NCBI GenBank assembly: GCA_001275005.1
Contig: JWZX01003407.1
Location: 1-64,000, forward strand
Reading direction: 5' to 3'
Source of the DNA: Chrysochromulina tobinii
Taxonomy: Eukaryota
Length of the DNA stretch: 64,000 nt
The notes below the pieces were generated by a model. The model worked only from the letters and a program-made list of their open reading frames with translations. It did no database searches and was not told the DNA's origin. How positions within the stretch are numbered: the stretch's first letter is position 1; each line of letters opens with the position of its first letter. Of this stretch, positions 33,815-44,945 are shown piece after piece. The position numbers and the translations under genes are program-made.

Positions 33815-34112
33815 TCTGTACATGTAAGTGAGTGCTTCTCCGCGCTACTCCGGCTGGCGTACATGTACCTACGCAAAAAAGCCGCAATGCCGGCCCTGCG
33901 TCCCCGCCTCCCCCCCTCTCGAGGCCCGGCAGCGACCAGCGTCGCGCGCCGGGGTCCCGTACGGTATAACAGAGTCGAGACACTCACACTGACTTTCACT
34001 TCATTTTCTACATGTAATCAGATTTGAGAATACTTGTGAACACGGTCGCCCCCATTTCGGATAAATTGGAACCTTCACACCATGGCGAGAGGCGTTTGGG
34101 ATTGACTTTTCA

Positions 34113-35651
34113 ATGGTCGTCCATGGTCCACAAAACGGTCCACAAATGCTCCACACACATCCGATGCCTGCGGCTTTGAGGACCGACTTTCAGAAAACGC
34201 GGTACATCCCACCGCATGTCAAGCATGATGAGTACGTGCAGTTGCTCCATGCGAAATACGAGGCGAAGAAGAACACACCTGAAGTGCGGCGACAGGAACG
34301 TGATTCAGTAGCACAGCGCTACGCGCCGCGTGTGGCAGAGGAGGATGAGCCCACTCTTTCGAGGAAAGTCCCACTCACGTTACGAATGAGCGTACCCACG
34401 GAAAACAATCCTGCCAACGTACCACTTCCCAATCGGGAGGCTGGAAAACTTCACTCGGCTATGCGAATTCTTGCTCGTCAGATGCTGCGTGAGCATGGGC
34501 GCGATTCACCGCTTCGGCGCCCACTGACGGATTGCGATGGCGTCTTCAAACGCCCATCGTTTGGAACGGCTTCAACATCGGCAGCTCAGCTGCGTAGTGG
34601 CACTTGCGCCGCAGGGCACAGCTCTCACACCCTACCTGCAGCATGCCTTTGTATGGAACTCGCAAACAGCGAGACGAGCGCTAAGGGAGCTGCTTCATCC
34701 CACCGGAACTCTTGGTGGGCGCGTTGTTTGCCAGTGGAGGTTGCGCAGTGCCTCTTCTCAGCCGGCAGGATGCACCTCAATTCCGGTCAATATGCGAATG
34801 TAAGGGATGTCTGCCAGTCTGTGCAGGATCGTCACGCAGCACTCCGGGCACAGGTTCAATCCAACGAGCTGCCAGCTCATAGCGTCTCGCACACGGTCGC
34901 GTCACGCGGCTCGACTGTGGCGGCGCCTTTGGCCGTGCAGGCTCTGCAGCTTTTGCACGGGCACCATGCGACAGGTCATGGCGGTTGCGTGTTGGGCACT
35001 GCCGAAGTGATCGCCGCCTCCAGAGCCGCCGATGTAATCACCGCTGTCGGTGATGTTGATAAGACTACCGCCACCGGCGCTGGCTCCAGCCGCATGGGGA
35101 ACATCAACGCCGCTACGAGATCCTCCGATGTGCATGCGGAGGCTCTTGCTTCTTCGCCTCTGCCCCTTATGCCCTCCAGGGATCAGCCGTTTCAAGTGCC
35201 GCCCGACGTGCCTTCGAAGGCTGATTCAGTCGAGCATCCACCCGCAGGCGCGGCGCCCCCGCTCGTTGCCTCTTTAGCAGGCTTGTCAGCGAGCGTCTCG
35301 ACCAAGGCGCCGCCCCCGTTGGGCACCTCCGAGGCGGCTGCCGGCACCTCCGAGGCGGCTGCGACCCACCTTCGCAATCGGGCGCCGCTGCATGAGCGGG
35401 GTCGGCTGCCTGCGCCGCCGCCATCGCGGCTGCCTGCGTTTGTCGGTGACTACGGCCACCCGCCAGCGACGAGCACCCCCAAGCTGAGGACGAGCCCGGC
35501 GCCAGGCTCGTCGAGTGAGCGTGAAAAGAAGCGCCTTGGAGCCAGCGAGGACGTGCCCACGACCGTTCGGCAGGAGTCGGCACCCGATTCATTTGTGCTG
35601 CAGTACCGCGAGGACCGGCGCAATGGGCCAGCGCTTGCCGGCTGGAAGTAA
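34113..35651 (+). CDS. Hypothetical protein
   Basis: 512-codon ATG-initiated ORF filling the gap between two intergenic blocks; no recognisable domain. Confidence 0.5.
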   Translation: MVVHGPQNGPQMLHTHPMPAALRTDFQKTRYIPPHVKHDEYVQLLHAKYEAKKNTPEVRRQERDSVAQRYAPRVAEEDEPTLSRKVPLTLRMSVPTENNPANVPLPNREAGKLHSAMRILARQMLREHGRDSPLRRPLTDCDGVFKRPSFGTASTSAAQLRSGTCAAGHSSHTLPAACLCMELANSETSAKGAASSHRNSWWARCLPVEVAQCLFSAGRMHLNSGQYANVRDVCQSVQDRHAALRAQVQSNELPAHSVSHTVASRGSTVAAPLAVQALQLLHGHHATGHGGCVLGTAEVIAASRAADVITAVGDVDKTTATGAGSSRMGNINAATRSSDVHAEALASSPLPLMPSRDQPFQVPPDVPSKADSVEHPPAGAAPPLVASLAGLSASVSTKAPPPLGTSEAAAGTSEAAATHLRNRAPLHERGRLPAPPPSRLPAFVGDYGHPPATSTPKLRTSPAPGSSSEREKKRLGASEDVPTTVRQESAPDSFVLQYREDRRNGPALAGWK

Positions 35652-35972
35652 CATGTATTGGTGGCCACGCTCATCCGTCAGCGCCGCGGGCAACGCGAAC
35701 CAAACGCCGCGTCACCGTGTCCCACCTTTCTCAACTTCTGTCGTTCCCTTATCTTCTCAAGCCTCCGCTCCGTTGCCTCACTGTGTGTTCCCTAGAAGAT
35801 CACGTGCTAGACTATGTTACAAGTGGCGAGAGTGCTCTGTTCGTCTAAATGAAGTGTGTACGCTAAGACAGTGCACATGCATCGTGAATTATCAACGCAT
35901 GTGGACAACACGAGACCACTTCACTTACCCGTTGCAGCGGGAACGGAAGGTAGGCACGGCGTCGTCCGTCGT

Positions 35973-36314
35973 TCAAACCACCAACGTGTGAGATACGACC
36001 CAAGTCAAGAAGAAGAGGCCTATTGCAGCAGGGAATCCCTCCCGTATCACATCCGCCCGCTCGTCATAGACCAAGCGGTCTGCAATTGGGTCCGATGCAA
36101 ATCTCAAGGCCACAAACGCACTGCTCAGCATGACAGCAAAGAATGTCAGAATCGGATTCCAACCAGTAGCGCCCATCAACCCGAACGTACAGCCGCACAG
36201 CGCCGCTGCCAACTGCCTGCCCCAATGCGAGATGGTGCGCAGCGGCAGGGCTGTCTGTTTGGTCTCCATGTTTGCGTGGAACGCCACCGCGGCGCTTTTA
36301 TTTTCCTCGTTCAT
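35973..36314 (-). CDS. EMC6: ER membrane protein complex subunit 6 (Rab5ip family)-like
   Basis: 113-aa three-TM protein with 'RQLAAALCGCTFGLMGATGW...EGFPAAIGLFFLTWVVSHTL'. It is the distal end of the spurious 805-aa antisense ORF. Confidence 0.65.
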   Translation of the reverse strand: MNEENKSAAVAFHANMETKQTALPLRTISHWGRQLAAALCGCTFGLMGATGWNPILTFFAVMLSSAFVALRFASDPIADRLVYDERADVIREGFPAAIGLFFLTWVVSHTLVV

Positions 36315-36440
36315 GCGTCTCTGCAAGGTTCCGAAAGATGACGAAGATGACCGGCGACTTTTCGCAGCTGGCGAAAACCGAAACGCCGCCGCGACCACAG
36401 AAATCTCGCAATTCTGGTCGAGCTTCTGTGTGGCTCGCGA

Positions 36441-38618
36441 ATGAAGCTCTCCGTTTTCGTGTGCTCTGCTGTCGGCGTGGCCACGGGACTGCACGCGGAG
36501 CCGGCTCTGCTGCATGGCAGCGCACAACGGCCAGCACCCTCGGTGCTCTTGATGCAGCAGCAGCCCGTTCCGGGCCCGTATGCTGGCCCCCGCACCACGC
36601 CGTTGCTCGATTCGGTGCAGATCCCAGCGGACATTAAGGGATTCACGATTGCGGAGCTCAAACAGCTGTCCAACGAGCTCCGGTGGGAAACGATCAATGC
36701 CGTGTCCAAGACCGGCGGCCACCTCGGCTCCTCGCTCGGCGTGGTGGAGCTCACAGTCGCATTGCACTATGTTTTCAACACGCCCGAAGACCCCATCATC
36801 TTTGACGTGAGCCATCAAGTTTACCCGCACAAGATCCTCACGGGTCGGCGGGACCGTATGCACACGCTGCGCCAGGCGGGTGGCCTCTCCGGTTTCGCCA
36901 AGCGCTCCGAGTCCGAGTACGACGTCTTTGGCGCTGGCCACTCGACAACGTCTATCTCGGCGGCGCTCGGCATGGCTGTCGCTTTCGACCTGCAGGGGCG
37001 GCAACGGAACTCGGTGGCAATCATCGGCGACGGCGCGATCACGGGTGGCATGGCGTACGAGGCCATGAACAACGCAGCCTACCTCAACTCGCGCGTGATC
37101 GTCGTGTACAATGACAACGGGCAGGTCTCGCTGCCCACGGGTGAGCCTTCGGCGGGAGGCACTGGCCCCGCGGGCTCCCTTTCGGCGTACACGACGCGTC
37201 TCATAGCGTCCAAGCCGTTCCAAACCTTCCGTGACACGGCCAAGACGATCAACAAGCTCTTCCCCGCCGAGATCCAGCAGGCGAACGCCAAGATTGACGA
37301 GTACGCGCGCGGGATGGTCACCGGCGGAACGCTCTTCGAGGAGCTCGGCTTCTATTACATCGGCCCCGTCGACGGGCACGACCTCGACAACCTCGTGCCC
37401 ATCCTCGAGAACATCCGCGATCGGGAGGGCTCGCAGCCCGTGCTGCTCCACGTCAAGACCGACAAGGGCAAGGGCTATCCGCCCGCCGAGGCCGCCTCGG
37501 ACAAGTACCACGGCGTGCCCAAGTTCGACGTCGCCTCGGGCAAGAAATACGTGTCGCCCGAGAAGACGCCCTCGTACACGGCCGTCTTTGCCGACACGCT
37601 CGTCGACATTGCCGCGACCGACCGCTCGGTCGTGGCCATCACGGCCGCCATGCCCGGCGGCACGGGCATCGACAAGTTTGGCAAGCGCTTCCCCAAGCGC
37701 ACGTTCGATGTCGGCATCGCCGAGCAGCATGCAGTCACCTTCGCTGCGGGCATGGCCGTCGAAGGCCTCAAGCCCTTCTGCGCCATCTACTCGACGTTCA
37801 TGCAGCGCGCGTACGACCAGATCATTCATGACGTCGCCATCCAGAAGCTGCCCGTGCGCATGATTCTCGACCGCGCCGGGCTCGTTGGCAACGACGGCCC
37901 GACGCACCATGGCAGCTTCGACCTCTCGTACCTGGGCTGCATACCGGGCATCGTCATTTGCGCGCCCTCGGACGAGGTGGAGCTGCGTAACATGGTGCAG
38001 ACCGTGTACACCCTTGACAACATCCCTTCCGCGCTGCGCTTCCCCCGTGGCTCCGCGCTCGGAATCGAGAAGCTCAACGACCTCTTCGGCTACGACCTTG
38101 ACGAGATCCCGAAGAAGGGAACCGTGCTCCCTGTGGGCAAGGGGCGCATCGTCCGTCAGGCGGCGGAGAAGGCGAGCTCGAAGGTGTGCTTCTTGACCAT
38201 CGGCACTCGGCTCGCGCCGGCGGTGGAGGCCGCACGCCGGCTCGAAGCGAGCGACCCGAGCGTGGGTGTGACCGTGGCCGACGCGCGCTGGATGAAGCCC
38301 CTCGACACCGAGCTCATCGACAAGCTCGCAAAGGAACACGACGTGCTCATCACGGTCGAGGAGAACGCGATCGGTGGTTTCGGCGACCACGTGCTACACT
38401 ACCTCGCCCTCTCGGGCGCACTCGACCAGGGGACGGTCAAGGTGCGCCCGATGGTGCTGCCCGACAAGTACATCGAGGCGGCCAACCAGTCAGAGCAGTA
38501 CGAGGAGGCGGGACTGACCTCCGAGTACATCGAGAACACGGCGCGCACCCTGCTTGGCAAGAGCCCCTTGCAGAAGCAAGCGGTTCGTAAGCAGAATGAG
38601 GACCCGACCATCGCGTAA
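36441..38618 (+). CDS. DXS: 1-deoxy-D-xylulose-5-phosphate synthase, plastid-targeted
   Basis: 'GGHLGSSLGVVELT', 'FDVSHQVYPHKILTGRR', TPP motif 'GDGAITGGMAYEAMNNA', 'FDVGIAEQHAVT', 'DRAGLVGNDGPTHHG'; signal-peptide-like leader. Confidence 0.97.
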   Translation: MKLSVFVCSAVGVATGLHAEPALLHGSAQRPAPSVLLMQQQPVPGPYAGPRTTPLLDSVQIPADIKGFTIAELKQLSNELRWETINAVSKTGGHLGSSLGVVELTVALHYVFNTPEDPIIFDVSHQVYPHKILTGRRDRMHTLRQAGGLSGFAKRSESEYDVFGAGHSTTSISAALGMAVAFDLQGRQRNSVAIIGDGAITGGMAYEAMNNAAYLNSRVIVVYNDNGQVSLPTGEPSAGGTGPAGSLSAYTTRLIASKPFQTFRDTAKTINKLFPAEIQQANAKIDEYARGMVTGGTLFEELGFYYIGPVDGHDLDNLVPILENIRDREGSQPVLLHVKTDKGKGYPPAEAASDKYHGVPKFDVASGKKYVSPEKTPSYTAVFADTLVDIAATDRSVVAITAAMPGGTGIDKFGKRFPKRTFDVGIAEQHAVTFAAGMAVEGLKPFCAIYSTFMQRAYDQIIHDVAIQKLPVRMILDRAGLVGNDGPTHHGSFDLSYLGCIPGIVICAPSDEVELRNMVQTVYTLDNIPSALRFPRGSALGIEKLNDLFGYDLDEIPKKGTVLPVGKGRIVRQAAEKASSKVCFLTIGTRLAPAVEAARRLEASDPSVGVTVADARWMKPLDTELIDKLAKEHDVLITVEENAIGGFGDHVLHYLALSGALDQGTVKVRPMVLPDKYIEAANQSEQYEEAGLTSEYIENTARTLLGKSPLQKQAVRKQNEDPTIA

Positions 38619-39023
38619 GGGAAGATGGGCTCGGTGGGCGGGATGAACCGTGTATAAACACGGTACACGCTAGCGTGAGGCACAGAGGCTGATAATACAT
38701 GTCGCATGACGCAGGTATCCGTGCGTTGCGTGCCGTCACAGATCGTGTGAGAGCAGGCACAGAGGCGGAAGGTCTCGCGCGAGGCTCGCAAAAGCACTGT
38801 ATTGAGAGACTTCGTTCCCCTTCCGACCGGCTCCCGCAAACAAGCTGAGGGGCTTCGTGCGTGTGAACCAGACACCACCGAATTCGAGCGCGGGTGGACC
38901 GCGACGAAACTGACGAGCCTGACTGTGTCCTTCTGCGGCACCGAAATCGAAACTCCGGTCGGTGACGACGTGGTCCGTCGCGCCGACTCCCAGTTCCTCT
39001 ATCAGGAGAGCCGACGACGCGCG

Positions 39024-40529
39024 ATGCCGAAAAGGAAATCGCTCGCGGATGAGATTGCTTCGTTTATGGATACTCGTCCAAGCGATGGTCTGGACGAGGA
39101 CTTCAATGAGGACGAGCAGCGTGATGATTTGCTAGCTCCGGACGATGTTGCAGCCATGGGTCAGCGGCGCATGCGGGCACAGGGAATAGACCTGAGCGGA
39201 ACGGGAAGCAAGTATGCTGGCCGTGTGACCTCGCGTGCAGTGCTGGAGTCGCGCAAGCGGCTGCGCGCGCCGGGAGCTGCTGCTGCTGCTCCTGAGGATG
39301 GCGAGGCGGAGGAGGACAACGACAACGTCGATGAGGAGGAGGAAGAAGAGGACGAGGCATCAGACCAACATGATGACGGCAGCGAAGAAGATGACGAGGA
39401 CGACGAAGACACTGGGCGCATTGATGACAAGGATGACAAGGGCGACGGTGCGGGCGAGGGGAACGCGCTCTACTCTGAGTGGAAGGACATGCAAGCTCAG
39501 GAGTCAGAGCTTCTCTCGCAGCTCAAGGAGTCGCAGGCTGACGAGATGGAACGCGCACGGCAGGTCGGTCGACAGCACACGGCATGCCTGCAGTTGCTGC
39601 AGGTACGGATCAAGCTGCAGCCCGCACTGACCGCAGCGGCGCGCTGGCCGGTGGCTTTGGCGCCTCCACTTAAGGGCTTATGGGGAGCGACGGTACCGTT
39701 GACGAGGGCAGCCAAGGCGTCTACAGTGGCGTCGGCGGCGCTGCTGAAAGACCTGTGCACGCTACAGCTGTCACTAGCGAGTAGCATGCCCGAGCTGGCG
39801 GGGCCAAAAGGTCACGGTGGTGCTCGCTCGGCCTCCTTGAGCGCATCTTCTCTCGATGAGTTGGGCACCGATGCAGACCGGTGGTGGAGAACTCTAGAGG
39901 CGGCGGACGCTCGGCTGCGCCCGTGGATCGAGAGCAGTGTGGACGAGCTCTCGGCCGAGGCCAGCGTTGCCGGAGGGGCGGCACGAGGCAGCGCGGCCAC
40001 CACCTTCAAGGCAGTGCGCCAAGGACCCCTCATTCAGTGTGAACACTTGCTGGCACAGATGCCGCGAGGGACGGAGGCGCGCGACCGTGCTTGTCACCAA
40101 TCGTCGCAACGCGTCCTAGGCACGGAGCGGCAACCTGGCAAAGTTGACGGCGAGTCGGAGCCAGTGACAGGAGAGCTGTACGACGACAGCCTATTCTACC
40201 ACTCGCTGCTCAAAGAGCTTCTCGACACAGGGAGCGCAAGGGGTGTCCCAGGCAGTGCTCCGAAGCTCAAGCACACGAAACGGCCTACCAACAACCGGCA
40301 GAGCAAAGGGCGCAAGCTCTCGTATGAGCCCCAGCCCAAGCTGCTGAACTTTATGTTCCCAGAGATTCCAGAGCGAACCATCGTCCTCGCGGAGCTCTTC
40401 GCCTCCGTCTTTGGCCAGCATGTGGCACCACCATCCTCGAGCATCAGCAGCGCCGAGCCAGCGCCTCCCATGGCAGGTGCTGCCGATGGGGAGCTGGACG
40501 TGAGCAAGCTCTTCTCCGCCATAAAGTGA
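39024..40529 (+). CDS. AATF: AATF/Bfr2 (Che-1/TRAUB) ribosome biogenesis factor
   Basis: 'GSKYAGRVTSR', an acidic tract, 'VRIKLQPAL', and TRAUB motif 'YDDSLFYHSLLKELL...SKGRKLSYEPQPKLLNFM...ELFASVFG'. Confidence 0.9.
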   Translation: MPKRKSLADEIASFMDTRPSDGLDEDFNEDEQRDDLLAPDDVAAMGQRRMRAQGIDLSGTGSKYAGRVTSRAVLESRKRLRAPGAAAAAPEDGEAEEDNDNVDEEEEEEDEASDQHDDGSEEDDEDDEDTGRIDDKDDKGDGAGEGNALYSEWKDMQAQESELLSQLKESQADEMERARQVGRQHTACLQLLQVRIKLQPALTAAARWPVALAPPLKGLWGATVPLTRAAKASTVASAALLKDLCTLQLSLASSMPELAGPKGHGGARSASLSASSLDELGTDADRWWRTLEAADARLRPWIESSVDELSAEASVAGGAARGSAATTFKAVRQGPLIQCEHLLAQMPRGTEARDRACHQSSQRVLGTERQPGKVDGESEPVTGELYDDSLFYHSLLKELLDTGSARGVPGSAPKLKHTKRPTNNRQSKGRKLSYEPQPKLLNFMFPEIPERTIVLAELFASVFGQHVAPPSSSISSAEPAPPMAGAADGELDVSKLFSAIK

Positions 40530-41333
40530 GGCGTGTGGGCAATAATCTATGGCCGTATCGCACGGGAGTGCGTAGATTAGAACCCCCGCCACATGGTGCA
40601 ATGCTGCAAACGTCCCCGTCGAAAACGGCCCGCGTGCGACTGCGAGATGGGACGCTGCTTATGGCGGTCGCCGCGTGCGCGCGCGGCTCCGAGCGCCGAT
40701 CCGGATGAATCTTGCTAATGGAATGAATCCCCGGACCGGCCGGACGTCGATGAGTTAACGTCGGTCTATACTTTTTACGGTATCGGGTGTGTACCGGTAC
40801 CGGTTGCGGGTTGGCGTTCGGTACACGCGTAGGTATATAGAACGCGAATTGCGAACTACCACGTACGCTAGACCCTTAGTGCGAGACGAGAGACGCGCCG
40901 GACGAGAGGCGTCCAGTAGCGACCGCAGTCACGCGTATCGTACCGCCAAGGGGCCAAAGTGCAAAGACGGATCGGACCATGTGTACCGACCCCGCGACCG
41001 GCGCGCGACCGCGACCGCGTCGGCAGCTCCGCCGGACCGCCGCGCTACCACTCGATCCGAGTTATCGCTTCGCTCGCCAGCGCCCACACCACGGCCACAA
41101 GTGCACGCCCTCCCCGACCACGTGGTCACGCAAACCGTCTTGCAAAGCCGCCAGGGCCCCTATCCGCTTGCGATGCATTCGCACTTAGCCTTGCCGTGCT
41201 CAGCGAGGCTCGCTCCATCGCTGGCGCCCCCTCGTCTCACACTCACACGCGCACGCAAGAACCTCGGCGGCGAGTCGCAGGGCCAGAGAGACGTTCATCA
41301 CGATCTCAATGATCTCCGGGCTGCTGCGACGCA

Positions 41334-43773
41334 TCAGGCTGCGGCAGACTTTTTGAGCGCCGCCTCAAAGTTGATGGCACCCGCCTGCAGGCGATCCTGG
41401 GTACCCAGAATCGCGGGGCGTGTGTAGCCCTCGACCTCGAGAGGGCCGAGCGCCTGGTGCACGTCCACTTGTACGAGCTCGTCACGCATCTGCTCGGCCT
41501 GCTGGAGCACCTTCGACTCGGCGATGGTGGCCTCGCGCCGCTCCTTCTTGCACGCCATCAGGATGCGGTCAGCCTCGAGACAGACAGGCATCGCGCGCAC
41601 GAGCCGCGGCCACGGCGGTGGGTCGGGTCGTTCTTGGGCATGTACACGTTCTCCGCGAACATGGCGTGCACGGCCGAGGGGGTCGTGAGCATCCTGGCGA
41701 CCTTTTGGGTGAGCTCGTCGCGCGGCGGACGGTACGGGCGCATGAGCTCGCCAAGGGGCGCGACGCCAGCGGCCATGAGCCAGCCACCGAGCGCGCCGAT
41801 GGGCTGGGGGAAGTTTTCGGAGGCCGCCTGCAGCGCCGACTGCGCCTCGTGCTCGAGCTGGAGCATGGCCGACTCGGCGAGCGCCTCCAGGCCCTCGATG
41901 TGCCGGTTGCGCTGGAAGTGGTGCAGCGTCGCGTACCCAAGGAAGATGGCGCTCATCGCATCGGAGAGGCGGCCCATGAGGAGCTCTTCGAACTTGAGCC
42001 GGCCGCCAAGCGTCAGCGAGACGTCGGCCGCGAACGCGAAGTTGGCCGAGAGACGAAGGAGCTGCGCCTCGTGGTACTTGACGAGCGCATCGCCATCCCT
42101 ATACGCCTGCTTGGACCGTAGCGCCGTCGAGATGCTCGCGCCGATGCCGCGCGTGAGGGAGAGGCCCCAGTTGGAGAAGACGTGGCCGAGCACCTTGAAC
42201 AGGTGGGTGCGGAACTTGGCGGGCGCGTCCGGCTCCTTGGACTGGAGCGCGTTGATCGCGGGGAGCATGTGCGGGTGGCAGCGGGTGAGGCCCTGGCCGA
42301 TGATCTGGAAAGAGCGCGTCATGATGTTGGCGCCCTCGACGGTGATGGCGACGGGCATCGACATGTACGCACTGCCCACGAAGTTGGCCTTGCCCTGCGA
42401 GATGCCCGCGCCGCCGAGGATGTCCATGCCATCGGTGATGATACGACGGCCGCGCTCGGTGCACGATTGCTTCATGATGGACGAGAGTACCATCGGAGCC
42501 TCGTGGTTGTCGATGATGGCGTTCGTCAGCTCGGTGCCCGCGAGCACAATGTACGACTCGCGGCCAGCGCGCGCAAGCGCCTCCTGGATGCCACCGAACT
42601 CGGCGATGGGCACACGGAACTGCTTGCGCACGCGCGAGTACGCCCCGACGCCCGCGCAGACGGTGCGTGCGGCGCCCAATGCGCCCGCCGGGAGGGAGAC
42701 GCCACGGCCCTCGGCGAGGCACTCGACGAACATGTGCCAGCCAAAGCCGCAGCGCTGCTGGCCGCCGAGGATGTTGGACATGGGCACCCACACGTCCTCG
42801 CCGGTGACAGTGCCGTTCATGAAGGCCGCGTTCAGGGGCATGTGGCGCGGGCCCATGTTGAGGCCCTCGTGGCCTCGCTCGAGCAGCGCGACTGTGAAGC
42901 CCTCGGAGCCCTGGCCGCCGAGCAGATTGTTCGGGTCCTTGAGGTCGAGCCCGATACCCACCACGCCCGCAACAGGCGCAAGGGTGATGTAGCGCTTCTC
43001 GAAGGTGCAGCGCACGCCCAGGACGCCGTTGCGCTTCTCGACGGTGCCGTATGAGCCGATGAGCGAGGTGGCGTCCGAACCCGAGTGAGGGCCGGTGAGG
43101 CCGAAGCACGGGATGAGTGTGCCATCCGCGAGGCGCGGCAAGAAGTAGCCACGCTGTTCGTCGGTGCCGTAGCGCACGAGGAGCTCGCCCGGTCCGAGCG
43201 AGTTGGGCACGGCGACCGTCGCGTTCGCGTCGAAGCAGTGTGAGCCGAGCTTGGCAAGGACCGACGAGACCGCCATCGTGGAGAATCCGAGGCCGCCCCA
43301 CTCCTTGGGGATCTTCATCGCGAAGAATTTCTTGTTGCTGCGGACCACACGCGCAGTGCAATACGTCAGATACCGGGCGAGGGGCGGAGATGGGAGAGAA
43401 TGTGAGAGAAGAGGGGTGCAAGAGGGTGCACGTACCGCATGTACTCCCAAGCCTCGGCAGGCAAGTCCTTGTTGGTGGTGACTTGGTAGTCGTTGAGCAT
43501 CGTGCACAACTCTTCGACCTCGTTGTTGAGGAACGAGGTCTCCTCGGCGCTCAGCGTCGGCTTGTACGTGTCCAGCAGGTGCTGCAGGCTCGGGCTTCCC
43601 GTGAAGATGTCCTGGTCGAAGCCAACGGTGCCGCAACCAAGCGCCACCTTTTCAGTCTCGCTCATCTTGGGCATCACGCTCTTTGCCAGCTTGAAGGCCG
43701 TCGCCGTTAGAATCGTGCGCTGTGCCATCGGCGCGCGCATGATCCGGGCCGCATGACCGGCGATCTTGAGCAT
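41334..43773 (-). CDS. fadE: FadE-type acyl-CoA dehydrogenase (with DUF1974-like C-terminus); intron 43338-43435; apparent frameshift at ~41605-41618
   Basis: 'MPKMSETEKVALGCGTVGFD', 'VAVPNSLGPGELLVRYGT', 'PCFGLTGPHSGSDA', 'KRYITLAPVA', 'ECLAEGRGVSLP', 'ITVEGANIMTRS'. The C-terminus continues in ORF 41334-41600 ('RDELVQVD'). Confidence 0.9.
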
Positions 43774-43925
43774 TTCGCTGCTTTTTGATGACGTAATCAC
43801 GCGACGGGCGTGCTCTTTAGCGCCTTGTCCCAAAAATGGAAGTCAGCGGCCCCGAACGATGCGTTCCCTTTCATATTCTCCTGTGCTCGCCTCTGCGGGA
43901 CTTCTATGGGCGGGCGAGGGGAAAC

Positions 43926-44945
43926 ATGAGGTCTTTGACTCGGCAAAGTCACGAAAGTGACGAGACTCGAGCGACGCGGACCTCAAATACAGTACCGGTA
44001 ATGGTGTGCACGTTCGTCACGCTGGCGGCTTTCGCGCTTCGCCAACATGCTCACTTTCACTCGCTCCGTCACATGCACATGCACGCGCACCGTCACGATG
44101 CTGCAGTGTGCTGCAGCCAGCAGCAGTCGACAGCACTGCGCGCGCTCGAAGCGCTGCCGGCCGATAGCCTCCCGGCTCACCTCGCAGTCATCATGGATGG
44201 CAACGCGCGCTGGGCTCGGCGGCACGGACGCCCCGTCGCTGCTGGTCATGTTGCTGGTGTGGAGGCACTGCGCACGCTGGTGGCCAGCGCAATCGCAGTC
44301 AAGCCGCTGCAGACGCTTACCGTGTACGCCTTCTCGTCAGAGAACTTTGGCCGCCCTCCGGATGAGGTCGCCGCGCTGCTGCGGCTAATTGAGAGCACAC
44401 TTGAGCGCGAAGCGAACGGGCTCCACGATCGCGGCGTGCGTCTGGCATTCGTAGGCGATCTTGAACGCTTGCCCAGCACGCTGCGGGCACTCGTCGACCG
44501 GCTCACATCACGAGCGCCGCCAGACTCGGAGCGCCTCGTGCTCGTGGTTGCCCTCGCGTACGGCGGTCGGCAAGAGATTGTGGCGACCGCTTCACAGCTG
44601 GCGGCGCAAGTAGCGCGAGGGGCCCTAAAGGCGGATGCCATTGATGAGCTCCTCTTCTCGGAGACGCTGAGGATGAGAGGCGCAGGGCTACGGACGACTA
44701 TGTCCGACCCTGACCTCTTGCTGAGGACCGGAGGTCACCGGCGACTCTCGAACTTTATGCTCTTCCAATGCGCGTACACAGAGCTCCACACGGTGGACGT
44801 GCTATGGCCGGATTTTAGCGAGCACGATCTGGTTGGCGTCCTCAAAGAGTACTCTGGACGAAGGCGCACCTTTGGGGTACGCGAATCTCCGACCGCGGCC
44901 GCGGCAACGAAACGAGATTCTGAGTTCGAGATTAACTCGGCTTAA
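43926..44945 (+). CDS. cis-prenyltransferase (UPPS/DHDDS family)
   Basis: 'HLAVIMDGNARWA', 'TVYAFSSENFGRP', 'YGGRQEI', 'DPDLLLRTGGHRRLSNFMLFQCAYTEL...LWPDF', 'RRRTFG'. Confidence 0.95.
   Translation: MRSLTRQSHESDETRATRTSNTVPVMVCTFVTLAAFALRQHAHFHSLRHMHMHAHRHDAAVCCSQQQSTALRALEALPADSLPAHLAVIMDGNARWARRHGRPVAAGHVAGVEALRTLVASAIAVKPLQTLTVYAFSSENFGRPPDEVAALLRLIESTLEREANGLHDRGVRLAFVGDLERLPSTLRALVDRLTSRAPPDSERLVLVVALAYGGRQEIVATASQLAAQVARGALKADAIDELLFSETLRMRGAGLRTTMSDPDLLLRTGGHRRLSNFMLFQCAYTELHTVDVLWPDFSEHDLVGVLKEYSGRRRTFGVRESPTAAAATKRDSEFEINSA

Noticed and set aside
35973..38390. 805-aa ORF antisense to DXS (and similar long antisense ORFs over UPF1, fadE and the 58842-62069 gene)
   Set aside because: Shadow ORFs from strong GC3 codon bias. 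Only the last 113 codons (EMC6-like) look real.
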